A stretch of DNA of 64,000 nucleotides from Acidimicrobiia bacterium (lineage in GTDB: Bacteria > Actinomycetota > Acidimicrobiia > IMCC26256 > PALSA-610). The stretch covers positions 12,327 through 76,326 of the forward strand of contig JBBREP010000007.1 in assembly GCA_038202885.1 (NCBI GenBank), read 5' to 3'. The notes below the pieces were generated by a model. That model did no database searches, had not been told where the DNA came from, and was given only the letters and a program-made list of their open reading frames with translations. Shown here piece after piece: positions 30,271-40,233 of the stretch. The translations under genes and the position numbers were made by a program. The first letter of the stretch is position 1; each line of letters begins with the position of its first letter.

Positions 30271-30489
30271 GTGCATGAGATCAAAGCCGAGATCACCGCG
30301 AACGTGTGGCAGGTGCGCGCCGAAGAGGGCCAGCTCGTCGGCGAGGGCGACGAGATCGTCGTCCTCGAGTCGATGAAGATGGAGATCCCCGTGTGTAGCG
30401 AAGTGCCGGGCACGCTGGTCGAACTCCACGTGACCGAGGGCGGCACCGTCCACGAAGGCGACCTCATCGCAATTATCGACGAATCGTGA
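30271..30489 (+). CDS. Stand-alone biotin carrier protein (TB7.3/Rv3221c-like)
   Basis: 72 aa with LESMKMEIPV. Confidence 0.9.
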   Translation: MHEIKAEITANVWQVRAEEGQLVGEGDEIVVLESMKMEIPVCSEVPGTLVELHVTEGGTVHEGDLIAIIDES

Positions 30490-30493
30490 ACGA

Positions 30494-31261
30494 GTGATTC
30501 GCACGAGGCGGGACGGGTTCGTCGCGACGATCACGATCGATCGTCCCGAACGCCGCAACGCTTTGAACGGTGAGCTGTGCGACGTGCTCGCCGAAGCGCT
30601 ACTCGAGCAAAGCGATGCCCGTGCGGTCGTGCTCACCGGCGCCGGGTCAGCTTTTTGCGCAGGGGCCGACCTCGTCACCCGTTTCGGCGCGGGCGACGGC
30701 GAAGGCGGCGCCACCGACACCTTCCGCCCGCGCTTCGAAGTCATGCTCGACGCCATCGTTGCCCACGCCGCACCCGTCATCGCCGCGCTCAACGGGCCCG
30801 CCATCGGTGCCGGGATGCAGCTGAGCGTGGCGTGCGATCTGCGCATCGCCCGCCCCGACACGAGAATGTCGATTCCTGGCGGACGGCTCGGCATTTTGCT
30901 GAGCCCGACGAACATCTGGCGGCTTGCCATGCTGGTCGGCCACGGGCTCGCACGAGACTTCCTGCTGACTGGGCGCGAAGTCACCGGCGAAGAGGCGCAG
31001 CGCATCGGGCTCGTGCAGCGTGTCGTCGACGAACCGCTGGCCGCCGCGCAAGAACTCGGTGCGCACATCGCGTCGCTCGCGCCGCTCACGGTCCAGGGTC
31101 ACAAGCGGGCGCTCAACGCAGTCGGCGAATCACTCGATCTGAGCGAAGCCGCCCGCGGCGAAATCCTCGCCCTCGAAACCGCCATCTTCGCCAGCGAGGA
31201 CCTCGTCGAAGGTATGGCCGCGTTCGCCGAAAAGCGCACCCCGGTCTTTCGCGGCGAATGA
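30494..31261 (+). CDS. Enoyl-CoA hydratase family protein
   Basis: FCAGADL, AIGAGMQL..ACDLR; catalytic Glu positions appear replaced. Confidence 0.88.
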   Translation: MIRTRRDGFVATITIDRPERRNALNGELCDVLAEALLEQSDARAVVLTGAGSAFCAGADLVTRFGAGDGEGGATDTFRPRFEVMLDAIVAHAAPVIAALNGPAIGAGMQLSVACDLRIARPDTRMSIPGGRLGILLSPTNIWRLAMLVGHGLARDFLLTGREVTGEEAQRIGLVQRVVDEPLAAAQELGAHIASLAPLTVQGHKRALNAVGESLDLSEAARGEILALETAIFASEDLVEGMAAFAEKRTPVFRGE

Positions 31262-32223
31262 GCGCTCGGCGAGAGACCGAAGACCCAGCCGGCACGGATC
31301 GCGCCGCCCCCGATGCGCGCCCTCGCGTTGGGATTGTCGATGTCGCGCCCCGAGACGGACTGCAGTCCGACGCGGTCATGTTCTCGACTGCGCAGAAGGT
31401 CGAGCTGATCCGTCGCATCGTCGATGCCGGCGTCGGCCGTGTCGAAGTCGCCAGCTTTGTGAACCCGGCCCGCGTCCCACAGATGGCCGACGCAGAAGCC
31501 GTGCTCGCCGAGGTGGGCACCGACCTGCGAGCGCGCTACATCGGTCTGGTCCTGAACGAGCGCGGTTTCGATCGGGCACTCGCGGCGAACACACCCGAAG
31601 TGAATGTTGTCGTCGCGTGCACCGACACGTTCTCGCAGCGCAATCAGGGCGTCACAACGGCCGAAGCGATCGTCGCGGCCACCACCGTCGCCCGGCGCGC
31701 CCGCGCGGCCGGCATCCCGTGCAGCGTGACGCTGTCGGCCGCGTTTGGGTGCGGCTACGAGGGCGAAGTGCCGCAGCAACGCGTGCTCGACGTGGTGCGC
31801 CAGATCGTCGACGCGCAACCCGACGAAATCGCGCTCGCCGACACCGTCGGTGCCGCGGTGCCCGCGCGCGTGCGCGAACTCGTGGGCGCCGCGGGCGGCT
31901 TGCTCGGTCCCGCGATCACGCTGCGCGCGCATTTCCACAACACGCGCAATGCCGGGCTCGCCAACGCGTTGGCGGCCGTCGAATGTGGCGTCACCGTCAT
32001 CGACGCGAGCCTCGGCGGCATCGGCGGGTGCCCGTTCGCGCCGCGCGCCACGGGCAACATCCCGACCGAGGATGTCGTGTTCCTGCTCGAACGCAGCGGC
32101 TACGACACGGGTGTGTCGCTCACCAAGCTCATCGAGGCCAGCGACTGGCTTGCGGCCCAGCTCGGCCGACCCACGCCGGGACTTGTCGCCAAGGCTGGGC
32201 CCTTCCCGCGCTCGTCCGATTAG
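31258..32223 (+). CDS. Hydroxymethylglutaryl-CoA lyase
   Basis: PRDGLQ, LADTVG, HFHNT, GGCPFAP.ATGN. Confidence 0.93.
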   Translation: MSARRETEDPAGTDRAAPDARPRVGIVDVAPRDGLQSDAVMFSTAQKVELIRRIVDAGVGRVEVASFVNPARVPQMADAEAVLAEVGTDLRARYIGLVLNERGFDRALAANTPEVNVVVACTDTFSQRNQGVTTAEAIVAATTVARRARAAGIPCSVTLSAAFGCGYEGEVPQQRVLDVVRQIVDAQPDEIALADTVGAAVPARVRELVGAAGGLLGPAITLRAHFHNTRNAGLANALAAVECGVTVIDASLGGIGGCPFAPRATGNIPTEDVVFLLERSGYDTGVSLTKLIEASDWLAAQLGRPTPGLVAKAGPFPRSSD

Positions 32224-33266
32224 AAGCCGGCGGGCAGGACGCGCTCGAGGTACACGTAGAAACCGAACAGCACCGGCAGGAACGGCACGAGCCCGGCGAA
32301 CCAGGTGAGCGGATGACGCCAATGGCGGTACACCCACCACCAGGCCAGCCCGACGATCAGCGCGAACATCCCCCAGAGCACCGTCGGTGTGCGGCTCGCG
32401 GTGTCGCCCGCCAGCCCGTTGCGGAGCGACGCCTGGGTCGCGGCGTTCTTGCTCACACCGTCGGGAGTGTCGGGGTCTTGGAGCTGTTTCGGTGGCGGCT
32501 GGGCAACGTAGGGCCTCGGCGGTGGGCTCTTCGCGACGATGAGAGCGGCCTCCACCACGAGGCGCTGTCGGGCCGAGTACTTCGGGTTGCAGGTGGTCAA
32601 CGTGAGCATCGCCGTGGTCGGATCGTGCGTGGCGACGACGGCGACGTCGGTCGGACTCACTGGGTAGGGCTCGCGCGTCACCCGGTAGGTGTAACGGCCC
32701 CACAACATGTCGACGCGGATCTCGCTGCCCACGTGCAGCGTGTCGGCGTCGTAGAACGGGTGGAGATACGTCGTGCGGTGGCCCGCGATCGCGGCGTTGC
32801 CGAGTTGGCCGGGAAACACGGTCGCGGGGTAATGCCCGGGGCCCTTTTCGAGGTCGGATCGCGACGTGCCTTCGACCACGGCGTAGTTGCTCCACGGGAG
32901 GTGGATGATGCCGACCACGTCACCGTCGTTGACCGTGGGGATGCGTGCGGCGCTGACGATGGGCGAACTCGCCGGCGCGGTCGTGCTCGTCGTTGCCGTG
33001 GGCCTGGCGGTTGTCGGCCCGGTCGAGGGTCGGGTCGAGGGTCGGGTCGTGGGCGAGGTGCTCGACGTGGCCGTGGTGGCGGTGGAGCTTTGCACCCGGG
33101 CCAGTTCGGACGTGAAGCGGTCCTTCAGACGGTTTTGCTCACGGGCGGTAATCAGACCCGTACCCCACAACTGGTAACCGACGAAGCCGAGAATCAGCAG
33201 GCCACTGGTGATCAGGGTGCGGCCGGCACCGCCCAAGGTGCGCCGGAGCCGTTCGCGCATGACCAT
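32220..33266 (-). CDS. Class E sortase with extra C-terminal TM helices
   Basis: N-terminal TM, Thr linker, GPGHYP, AGHRTT, LTLTTC.P....QR; start 33266 or 33260. Confidence 0.9.
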   Translation of the reverse strand: MVMRERLRRTLGGAGRTLITSGLLILGFVGYQLWGTGLITAREQNRLKDRFTSELARVQSSTATTATSSTSPTTRPSTRPSTGPTTARPTATTSTTAPASSPIVSAARIPTVNDGDVVGIIHLPWSNYAVVEGTSRSDLEKGPGHYPATVFPGQLGNAAIAGHRTTYLHPFYDADTLHVGSEIRVDMLWGRYTYRVTREPYPVSPTDVAVVATHDPTTAMLTLTTCNPKYSARQRLVVEAALIVAKSPPPRPYVAQPPPKQLQDPDTPDGVSKNAATQASLRNGLAGDTASRTPTVLWGMFALIVGLAWWWVYRHWRHPLTWFAGLVPFLPVLFGFYVYLERVLPAGF

Positions 33267-33367
33267 TTGAGCGTACCGGCCTCAGGAACGGCCGCACGCG
33301 CGTTCGGTGCCGCGACGTCGGGCTCCGTAGACTGCTGGCGATTTCGCGCCGGTCCCCGGGAGGCTCC

Positions 33368-34063
33368 TTGGCCGTCGTCGCGCCCGTGGTACCCGTGGTC
33401 ACGACCCGAACGGCAGTGTGTGTGCTCGGTCGTTTTCCCGCTCTCGCGGGCGCCGACCTCGATGTCATGCCGGGTGAGATCGTGTTGTTGTCGGGGCCGA
33501 ACGGTGCTGGGAAGTCGACGTTGCTGCGCGTGCTCGCCGGTCTGTTGCCGTTGCGCAGTGGGTGGGCGACGGTGTTCGGCTGCGATTTGAACCTCGACCG
33601 TCGCAGTTTCCGGCGGCGGCTCGCGCTTGTGGGCCACGACACCGGGTGTTACGACGACCTCACCGCGCGCGAGAACCTGCGGTTCGCGCTGCGCGCCGCG
33701 GGTGCCGACGCGACGAACCTCGACGGCACGCTCGAACGGCTCGGTCTCGACACCGTGGCGCGCGTGCGTCACGCTGACCTGTCTGCGGGTCAGCGCCGCC
33801 GGCTCGCGTTGGCGATTGCCTTCGCACGCAACACCGAGATGCTGCTGCTCGACGAGCCCCACGCGGGCCTCGATGCCGACGGGCGCGCGCTCCTCGACGA
33901 TCTGTTGCGCGAGGCCGCGGCCGGGGGCCGCACTGTGGTGTTCGCGTCGCACGAGTTGGAGCGCGCCCGGGAACTCGCACACCGCGAAGTACTCGTGGAA
34001 CGCGGACTGTTGCACGGTGGCGTCCTGGAACCCGCCCCCGAACCCGTCGGCGCAGTGCCATGA
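33368..34063 (+). CDS. ccmA: Heme ABC exporter ATPase
   Basis: GPNGAGKST, LSAGQRRR, LLDEP; heads the ccm operon. Confidence 0.88.
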   Translation: MAVVAPVVPVVTTRTAVCVLGRFPALAGADLDVMPGEIVLLSGPNGAGKSTLLRVLAGLLPLRSGWATVFGCDLNLDRRSFRRRLALVGHDTGCYDDLTARENLRFALRAAGADATNLDGTLERLGLDTVARVRHADLSAGQRRRLALAIAFARNTEMLLLDEPHAGLDADGRALLDDLLREAAAGGRTVVFASHELERARELAHREVLVERGLLHGGVLEPAPEPVGAVP

Positions 34064-34104
34064 GCGCCTGGGGGCGCGAGCGCAGGCGAGCGGGGGAGGA
34101 GGTG
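34064..34104 (+). repeat. Dispersed repeat, copy C (ccmA-ccmB junction)
   Basis: GCGCCTGGGGGCGCGAGCGCAGGCGAGCGGGGGAGGAGGTG directly after ATGA; its end is the AGGAGGT SD of ccmB. Confidence 0.8.
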
Positions 34105-34111
34105 CCATTCC

Positions 34112-34789
34112 ATGAATAGCTTGCTTTCCGAGGCGCTGCTCGTCGCGGGCAAGGATCTGCGGATCGAGGCGCGGGCCAAGGTCGGCTTGGCCCAGATCCT
34201 GCCGTTCGGCGCGCTCGTGCTCCTGCTGTTCGCGTTTGCGCTCGACCCGCACCGGGGCTTGCTCCCGACCGTCGCACCCGGGCTGTTCTGGATCGCGGTG
34301 CTGCTCGCCTCGATCCTGGCCGTGGGCCGCAGCTTTGCCATCGAGTCCGAGCACAACGCCCGCGACGGTCTGCGCCTCGCCGGGCTCGACGGTGCCGCCA
34401 TCTTCCTCGGCAAGGCCGCGGCCATCGCGCTCGAACTTCTCGCGCTCGAGGTGTTGTTGCTCATCGGCACGTTCGTGCTCTATGACGTGTCGGTGCGAGG
34501 CATGGTGGCACTCGTGCCGACCGCGCTGGCCGCCACCTGCGGGATCGCCGCCACCGGTACGGTGTACGGAATCCTTGCGGCGGGGCTGCGCATGCGGGAG
34601 ACGCTCGTGCCGTTGCTCGTATTACCGATCAGCGCGCCCGTGATGCTCGGCGCCACCAGGGCGTTCGAGGCTGCGCTCGACGGCAATACGAGCGAAGCTT
34701 GGCCTTGGGTGCAGCTCCTCGTGGTGTTCGCGGCGGTGTACTTGACCGTCGGCGTGTTGGCCTTCGGGCCGTTGCTGGAGGAAGCATGA
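34112..34789 (+). CDS. ccmB: Heme exporter permease
   Basis: KDLRIE.R, PGLFW, LVPLLVLPI..P; about 6 TM. Confidence 0.9.
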   Translation: MNSLLSEALLVAGKDLRIEARAKVGLAQILPFGALVLLLFAFALDPHRGLLPTVAPGLFWIAVLLASILAVGRSFAIESEHNARDGLRLAGLDGAAIFLGKAAAIALELLALEVLLLIGTFVLYDVSVRGMVALVPTALAATCGIAATGTVYGILAAGLRMRETLVPLLVLPISAPVMLGATRAFEAALDGNTSEAWPWVQLLVVFAAVYLTVGVLAFGPLLEEA

Positions 34790-35658
34790 GCGTGCAAGCA
34801 CCACCATCGCAGGCGCCTCGGTCAGCGCCCTCGCCGTCACCGGCTCCGGTAGCCGTGCCGCGCCTGGTGTCGCGATCGGTCGCGCGAGTGTTCGTGGTGA
34901 TCAGCGTCGTCGGTGTGGCAGCCACGTTCGTGATGGGCCTTGTCGTCGCGCCGACCGACGCCGAACAGGGTGACGCCTACCGATTGCTGTTCGTGCACGT
35001 GCCGTCGGCCTGGCTCGCGTACCTCGCGTTCGGCGTCACGGCGCTCGCGTCGGCGCTGTATCTCGTGCCGCGTACCCGTTCGCCGCGTTGGGACCATCTC
35101 GCGGGAGCTTCGGCCGAGCTCGGCGTGTTGTTCACCGGACTCGTGCTCGCCGAGGGTTCACTGTGGGGCCGGCCGATCTGGGGCGCATGGTGGGCGTGGG
35201 ACGCGCGGCTCACCACCACCGCCGTCATGCTGTTCCTCTATCTTGGCTACCTCGCGCTCCGCCGCATCGGCGGTTCACCGCACCAGCGGGCGATGCGCAG
35301 TGCCATCGCCGCGCTGATCGCGTTCGTCGACGTGCCGATCGTGCACTTCTCGGTGTCGTGGTGGACCACGTTGCACCAGGACGGCTCGGTCTTCAACGAC
35401 AAGATGCAGGTACACATCCACGACGCGCGCATGAACGCCGCGCTGTTGGTCGGTGTCGTGGCGTTCACGATCGCGTACGCCACGTTGTGCGTGGCGCGAA
35501 TGCAGCTGCTTGCGATGGAAGACGGCCTCGATGAACGTGAGCTGCAACTCGCGATCGATGAGCGCCTTGCGAATCGCGTCACGGGCCCGTCGGGTGCCAC
35601 CCCGAGCGGTCCGTCGGCAGCATCTCCGGGCCCGACGCAACCGGCAGTGACCGCCTGA
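34786..35658 (+). CDS. ccmC: Heme chaperone-loading protein
   Basis: HVPSAW; WWD motif WGRPIWGAWWAWDARLT; WWTTLHQ. Confidence 0.93.
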   Translation: MSVQAPPSQAPRSAPSPSPAPVAVPRLVSRSVARVFVVISVVGVAATFVMGLVVAPTDAEQGDAYRLLFVHVPSAWLAYLAFGVTALASALYLVPRTRSPRWDHLAGASAELGVLFTGLVLAEGSLWGRPIWGAWWAWDARLTTTAVMLFLYLGYLALRRIGGSPHQRAMRSAIAALIAFVDVPIVHFSVSWWTTLHQDGSVFNDKMQVHIHDARMNAALLVGVVAFTIAYATLCVARMQLLAMEDGLDERELQLAIDERLANRVTGPSGATPSGPSAASPGPTQPAVTA

Positions 35659-35795
35659 TGGACAGCAACTGGCCCTACGTCGCTGTGGGCTACACGCTCG
35701 CGGCCGGCTCGCTCGGCGGCTACGTGACTTGGCTGGTACGAAAGTTGCGGCGGGCCGAGCGCTCGCTACCACCGGTGCAGGAACCGCCGCGATGA
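35658..35795 (+). CDS. ccmD: CcmD-like small membrane protein (45 aa, not in ORF track)
   Basis: MDSNWPYVAVGYTLAAGSLGGYVTWLVRKLRRAERSLPPVQEPPR; TGATG and ATGA coupling to ccmC and ccmE. Confidence 0.8.
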   Translation: MDSNWPYVAVGYTLAAGSLGGYVTWLVRKLRRAERSLPPVQEPPR

Positions 35796-36325
35796 CGCCA
35801 GTGAGTGGACCAGTGAGTGGACCCGTGAGTACCCCAGCGCCCGCCGCGGCACCGACCGGACGCGCCACGCTCCAACGCAGGCTGCACGGCAAGCTCCGTT
35901 ACGTCGTCGCCCTGGCCGTCTGTGTGGGCGCGATCATCTGGATGATCACGTCGTTGTCGGCGAACATCAACTACCTCGAGACAGTGAGCGACGCGGTCAA
36001 GCACCGCAGTGCCAACGCGCACCGCGAGCTGCGCATCGGTGGCGTCGTGGTGCGCGGCACCGTGCACCGCCTCGCAGACGGCACCAGCTTCAAGCTCTCC
36101 GACGGCAAGGCGACGGTGTTCGTGCACGTGCGCGATATTCCGTCCAAGCTGTTCGCCGACTGTGCGCCGGTCGTCGTGCAGGGCACCTGGAACGGCAACG
36201 ACTTCGCGGGCGACAACTTGCTCGTGCGCCATGGCGCCAACTACGGCCCAAGTACGAAAGACGCGAAGCATCTCAGTGCCGTCGACAATGCGCTGGCCGG
36301 CACGGGTTGTGCGAAGGCCTCCTGA
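35792..36325 (+). CDS. ccmE: Heme chaperone
   Basis: TM anchor, RIGGVV, VVVQG, heme motif HGANY (HxxxY). Confidence 0.9.
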   Translation: MTPVSGPVSGPVSTPAPAAAPTGRATLQRRLHGKLRYVVALAVCVGAIIWMITSLSANINYLETVSDAVKHRSANAHRELRIGGVVVRGTVHRLADGTSFKLSDGKATVFVHVRDIPSKLFADCAPVVVQGTWNGNDFAGDNLLVRHGANYGPSTKDAKHLSAVDNALAGTGCAKAS

Positions 36326-36334
36326 GCGAACCTG

Positions 36335-38419
36335 ATGCGCGCGCAACTCGGCTCCTTCACGATCATGGTCGGCGTCACTGCGTCGCTGCTCGGCATCGTC
36401 GTGCTCGGCCGCGGCATCGCCAAGGACGACGAACGGTTGCTGCGCCTCGGGCGTCGTTTCACCGCGGTCATCCTCGCCGCGGGCATCGGCGGTTTCGTCG
36501 TGATGGAATGGGCGTTGTTCGCGCACGACTACTCGATCACCTATGTCGCGAACAACGTTGCGCGCGCCACGCCCGGTCTGTTCACGTTCACCGCACTGTG
36601 GTCGGCCCTCGAAGGTTCGATCATGCTGTGGGGCCTCATCCTTGCGATCTACATGGCGGGAACGAGTTACGCGTTCCGGGCCCGGGTCGCCGATCCGCTC
36701 GTAGCGTGGGCGACGATTGTGCAGTACGTCGTCGCGCTCTTCTTTTTCGGCTTGATGGCCACGGTCGCGAATCCGTTCGCCACCGTGAGCGGGCTGCAGG
36801 TACTCGATGGTCGCGGCCCGAACCCGTTGCTGCAAGACCACCCGCTCGTGGCGTTCCACCCGCCGTTCCTCTACGCCGGCTATGTGGGCATGACGATCCC
36901 GTTCAGCTTCGCGATCGCCGCGCTCGTGACGGGGCGCTTCGGTGAAGGGTGGCTCGCCGACACGCGTCGCGCCTCGCTCATTGCGTGGGGGTTCTTGACG
37001 GTCGGGATCATCCTCGGCGCGTGGTGGAGCTACGAGGTGCTCGGCTGGGGTGGCTACTGGAGTTGGGACCCGGTCGAGAACGCGTCGCTGCTGCCGTGGC
37101 TCACCGCCACCGCGTTCTTGCATTCGGTGATGGTGCAGGAACGCAGAGGGATGCTGCGCGTCTGGAATCTCTCACTCATCATCGCCACGTTCTCGCTCAC
37201 GATCCTCGGCACCTTTCTCACTCGATCGGGCGTGATCACGTCGGTGCACGCGTTCAGCGAGAGCAAGATCGGCCCCGCGCTGCTCGCCTTCTTCGGGCTC
37301 GTGATCGTCACCGGCCTCGGACTGATCGCGTGGCGTGGCGACCGCCTGCACGCGCCCGGTCGCATCGACGCGGTGCTGTCGCGCGAATCGGCGTTCTTCG
37401 CGAACAACTTGTTGTTCGCCGGCTTCGCGTTCGTCATCCTCACGGGCACGGTGTTCCCGTTGCTCGTCGAGGCGCTGCAGAACAAGCAGATCTCGGTGGG
37501 TTCGCCCTACTTCGAACGCATGACCACGCCACTCGGGCTGGCGTTGCTGTTCATGATGTCGGTGGCGCCGATCCTGCCGTGGCGCGCCGTCAGCGGCGAG
37601 GTGCTGCGCGACCGGTTGCTGTTGCCGCTGTATGCGGCTGGGCTCGTGATGCTCGGCGCGGTCGTGTTGAGCTCGGCCGACGTCGCGGGTGTGCTCGCGT
37701 ACGGCCTCGCGGCGTTCTGCGCCGCGGGCATCTTCAGGAACTTCGGCGTTGCCGTGCGCGCTCGGCGATCGGCCTTGCACGAACCAGTGGCGCGCGCGGT
37801 GGCCGGCACGGTGCGCGGGAACCCGCGTCGATGGGGCGGGCTCGTCGTGCACCTTGGTGTCGTGATGATCGCGGTGGCGCTCGCGGCATCGCAGGGCAGC
37901 GCCACCCGCCGTTCGGTGCAACTGGCCAAGGGCGAGTCGGCCGTCGTCGCCGGGAACCGCATCACCTATCTCGGCTCGTCGGTCACCCAGACCGCGCAGA
38001 AAGCGACGCTGCGGTCGCGGTTCGCGATCCATGACGGCAGCGACTCGCTCGGTGTGTACGCCCCTGCGATTTCCACGTATCCGAACGTCACGCAGGGCAT
38101 CGCGACGCCGTCGGTGCATGTGGGCTTGGCGCGCGACATCTATCTCGCGCTCGTGGCCGCGCCGGACGACACAGGGCGCGTCACTGTCCAGATCCTCGTG
38201 AACCCGATGGTGATGTGGTTGTGGGTGGGCGGCGCCATGATGGCGCTCGGCACCGTGCTGTGTCTCGTGCCGCAGCGGCGATCCGCCTCGCTCGGATTGT
38301 CGGCCGCGCATCGGGCGGCTGGCGGCCCGCCCTCGCCCGACGCCGGGCCACCCGACGGTGACGCCGATCCCGAACCCGAACCCGATCCCGAACCCGCCAG
38401 TTCGGGTGCGCCCGCATGA
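36335..38419 (+). CDS. ccmF: Heme lyase
   Basis: EGSIMLW, HPPFLY.GY, WGGYWSWDPVENAS, SVHAF. Confidence 0.95.
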   Translation: MRAQLGSFTIMVGVTASLLGIVVLGRGIAKDDERLLRLGRRFTAVILAAGIGGFVVMEWALFAHDYSITYVANNVARATPGLFTFTALWSALEGSIMLWGLILAIYMAGTSYAFRARVADPLVAWATIVQYVVALFFFGLMATVANPFATVSGLQVLDGRGPNPLLQDHPLVAFHPPFLYAGYVGMTIPFSFAIAALVTGRFGEGWLADTRRASLIAWGFLTVGIILGAWWSYEVLGWGGYWSWDPVENASLLPWLTATAFLHSVMVQERRGMLRVWNLSLIIATFSLTILGTFLTRSGVITSVHAFSESKIGPALLAFFGLVIVTGLGLIAWRGDRLHAPGRIDAVLSRESAFFANNLLFAGFAFVILTGTVFPLLVEALQNKQISVGSPYFERMTTPLGLALLFMMSVAPILPWRAVSGEVLRDRLLLPLYAAGLVMLGAVVLSSADVAGVLAYGLAAFCAAGIFRNFGVAVRARRSALHEPVARAVAGTVRGNPRRWGGLVVHLGVVMIAVALAASQGSATRRSVQLAKGESAVVAGNRITYLGSSVTQTAQKATLRSRFAIHDGSDSLGVYAPAISTYPNVTQGIATPSVHVGLARDIYLALVAAPDDTGRVTVQILVNPMVMWLWVGGAMMALGTVLCLVPQRRSASLGLSAAHRAAGGPPSPDAGPPDGDADPEPEPDPEPASSGAPA

Positions 38420-38955
38420 CCCGCATCCGTTGGGTCACCACGATCGTGTTCACGATCGTCATCGCGTTGGGCGTGCTGCTCGCGGTCAATCTCGGTGGCG
38501 ATCCGACGAAGACGTCGAACGATCTCGTTGGCAAACCGGCGCCGACGTTCTCGCTCACGGCGTTCGACGGCTCGAAGATCGACCTGGCGTCGCTGCAAGG
38601 TCGGGTGGTGATGGTGAACTTCTGGAACGAGTGGTGCGCGCCGTGCATCGAGGAGACGCCGAGCCTCGTGGCGCTCGCCAACGCGCACAAGACCGACAGC
38701 GGCTTCACGCTCGTCGGCATCGTGCACCTCGGTCGCTCGCAGAGCGACGCGCGCGCGTACGCCGCAGCACCGTCGCACAAGATGCAGTTCCCGCTCGCGT
38801 TCGACCCGGGCTCGCACACCTCGCTCGACTACGGCGTGACGGGGCAGCCCGAGACGTTCCTCATCGACAAGGCCGGCGTCGTGTCGCAATGGATCTCCGG
38901 CCCGATTGATGCCCAGCGCATGGAGCGCGACATCGAGCGCTTGGAAGCCACATGA
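38416..38955 (+). CDS. ccmG: CcmG/TlpA thiol-disulfide oxidoreductase
   Basis: VNFWNEWCAPC, GQPETF, N-terminal TM. Confidence 0.88.
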   Translation: MTRIRWVTTIVFTIVIALGVLLAVNLGGDPTKTSNDLVGKPAPTFSLTAFDGSKIDLASLQGRVVMVNFWNEWCAPCIEETPSLVALANAHKTDSGFTLVGIVHLGRSQSDARAYAAAPSHKMQFPLAFDPGSHTSLDYGVTGQPETFLIDKAGVVSQWISGPIDAQRMERDIERLEAT

Positions 38956-39401
38956 GGTCGAAGCGTTTTGCGGCGCTGGGCGGGGCGCTGCTCGTGGTGC
39001 TCGCCATCGTGGTCGTGGCGCTGCGCCCTTCGCACGAGACGGCCGAGGCGCGCGCGCAACGGCTGGAACGCCACATCGCGTGCCCGGTGTGCGTGGGTGA
39101 ATCCGTGGCCGAGAGCAACAGCGACGCGTCACTGATCATTCGCTCCGACATCGAGGCGCGCATCAGGCGCGGGCAATCCGACAGCGAGATCCTCGGCTAT
39201 TACGCCAAGCACTACCCGAAGCAGCAGTTGAATCCGAGCGATGGCGGCATCGGGCTGGTCGCGTGGGGTCTGCCGGTGGTGGCAGTCGTGCTCGCCGTCG
39301 CGGGACTCGGCGTCGCGATGGTGCGTTGGAAGCGCGTGCCGCGCATGGTGGCCACGACCGACGACGAGGTGCTCGTGCAACGGGCCCGTAGGCGGGCCTG
39401 A
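38952..39401 (+). CDS. ccmH: Cytochrome c biogenesis redox protein
   Basis: IACPVC.GESVAES, WGLP. Confidence 0.9.
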   Translation: MRSKRFAALGGALLVVLAIVVVALRPSHETAEARAQRLERHIACPVCVGESVAESNSDASLIIRSDIEARIRRGQSDSEILGYYAKHYPKQQLNPSDGGIGLVAWGLPVVAVVLAVAGLGVAMVRWKRVPRMVATTDDEVLVQRARRRA

Positions 39402-39404
39402 GCC

Positions 39405-40223
39405 ATGGCGAAACTGTCAGCGCACGAACGGGCCGAACTCGAGGCCGAGCGCGACTTCCTCGTGCGGTCGCTCGACGACCTCGAAGCCGAACGCGCCGAT
39501 GGCGCGATCGATGACGCCACCTACGAGACGTTGCACTCGGATTACACCGCGCGCACAGCCGACGTGTTGCGCACACTCGCCAGCGGAACCGCGCGTCGGG
39601 CGCCGAAGCCACCGCCGGTGCCGAAGGGTCGCCGGGCGGTCGTGGTGTTCGCGATCGTGGTGTTCGCGGGCGGGGCGGCGTTCTCGCTCGCGAAGGCGTC
39701 GGGCACGCGCGCTCCTGGCGGGCTACCGACTGGTGGCGTGGGAACCGTCGCACCCGACCCCAACTCGTACGAGGGCCACATTGGCGCGGCCCGGCGATTC
39801 CGCGCCGAGAGCATCACCGACAAGGCCACCAAGGAGTACCTCGCCGCGGCGAAGGTGCGTCCCAAGTCGGCCGAGCCGGTCACCGAACTGGCCGAGATGC
39901 TCCTCACGCGCATCGCAACCGGACTGAGCAACGACTCGCGTCTTGTCACCCAGGCCGGCCAACTGCTCGACCGTGCGATCGCGCTCGACCCGAAGTATGC
40001 GCAGGCCTATCTCTACAAGGGCCTGGTGTTCAAGGCGCAAGGCAAGCCGGGCTCGCAGTCGGTGGCGCTGTTCCGCAAGTATCTCGCGCTGGCCCCGAAC
40101 GGAGCGCAGGCCGAGATGGCCCGTAGCCTGATCACGCAGTTCACGAGCCCCACCACCACGTCGACCACCCCGCCGACCACCACGTCGACAACAACGTCCA
40201 CTGCAACGTCCACGACGCCCTGA
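39405..40223 (+). CDS. CcmI/CycH-like TPR protein
   Basis: LRSLDDLE.E...G.I-type start, one TM, TPR-like helices, Thr tail. Confidence 0.75.
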   Translation: MAKLSAHERAELEAERDFLVRSLDDLEAERADGAIDDATYETLHSDYTARTADVLRTLASGTARRAPKPPPVPKGRRAVVVFAIVVFAGGAAFSLAKASGTRAPGGLPTGGVGTVAPDPNSYEGHIGAARRFRAESITDKATKEYLAAAKVRPKSAEPVTELAEMLLTRIATGLSNDSRLVTQAGQLLDRAIALDPKYAQAYLYKGLVFKAQGKPGSQSVALFRKYLALAPNGAQAEMARSLITQFTSPTTTSTTPPTTTSTTTSTATSTTP

Positions 40224-40233
40224 GGAGCCCACG

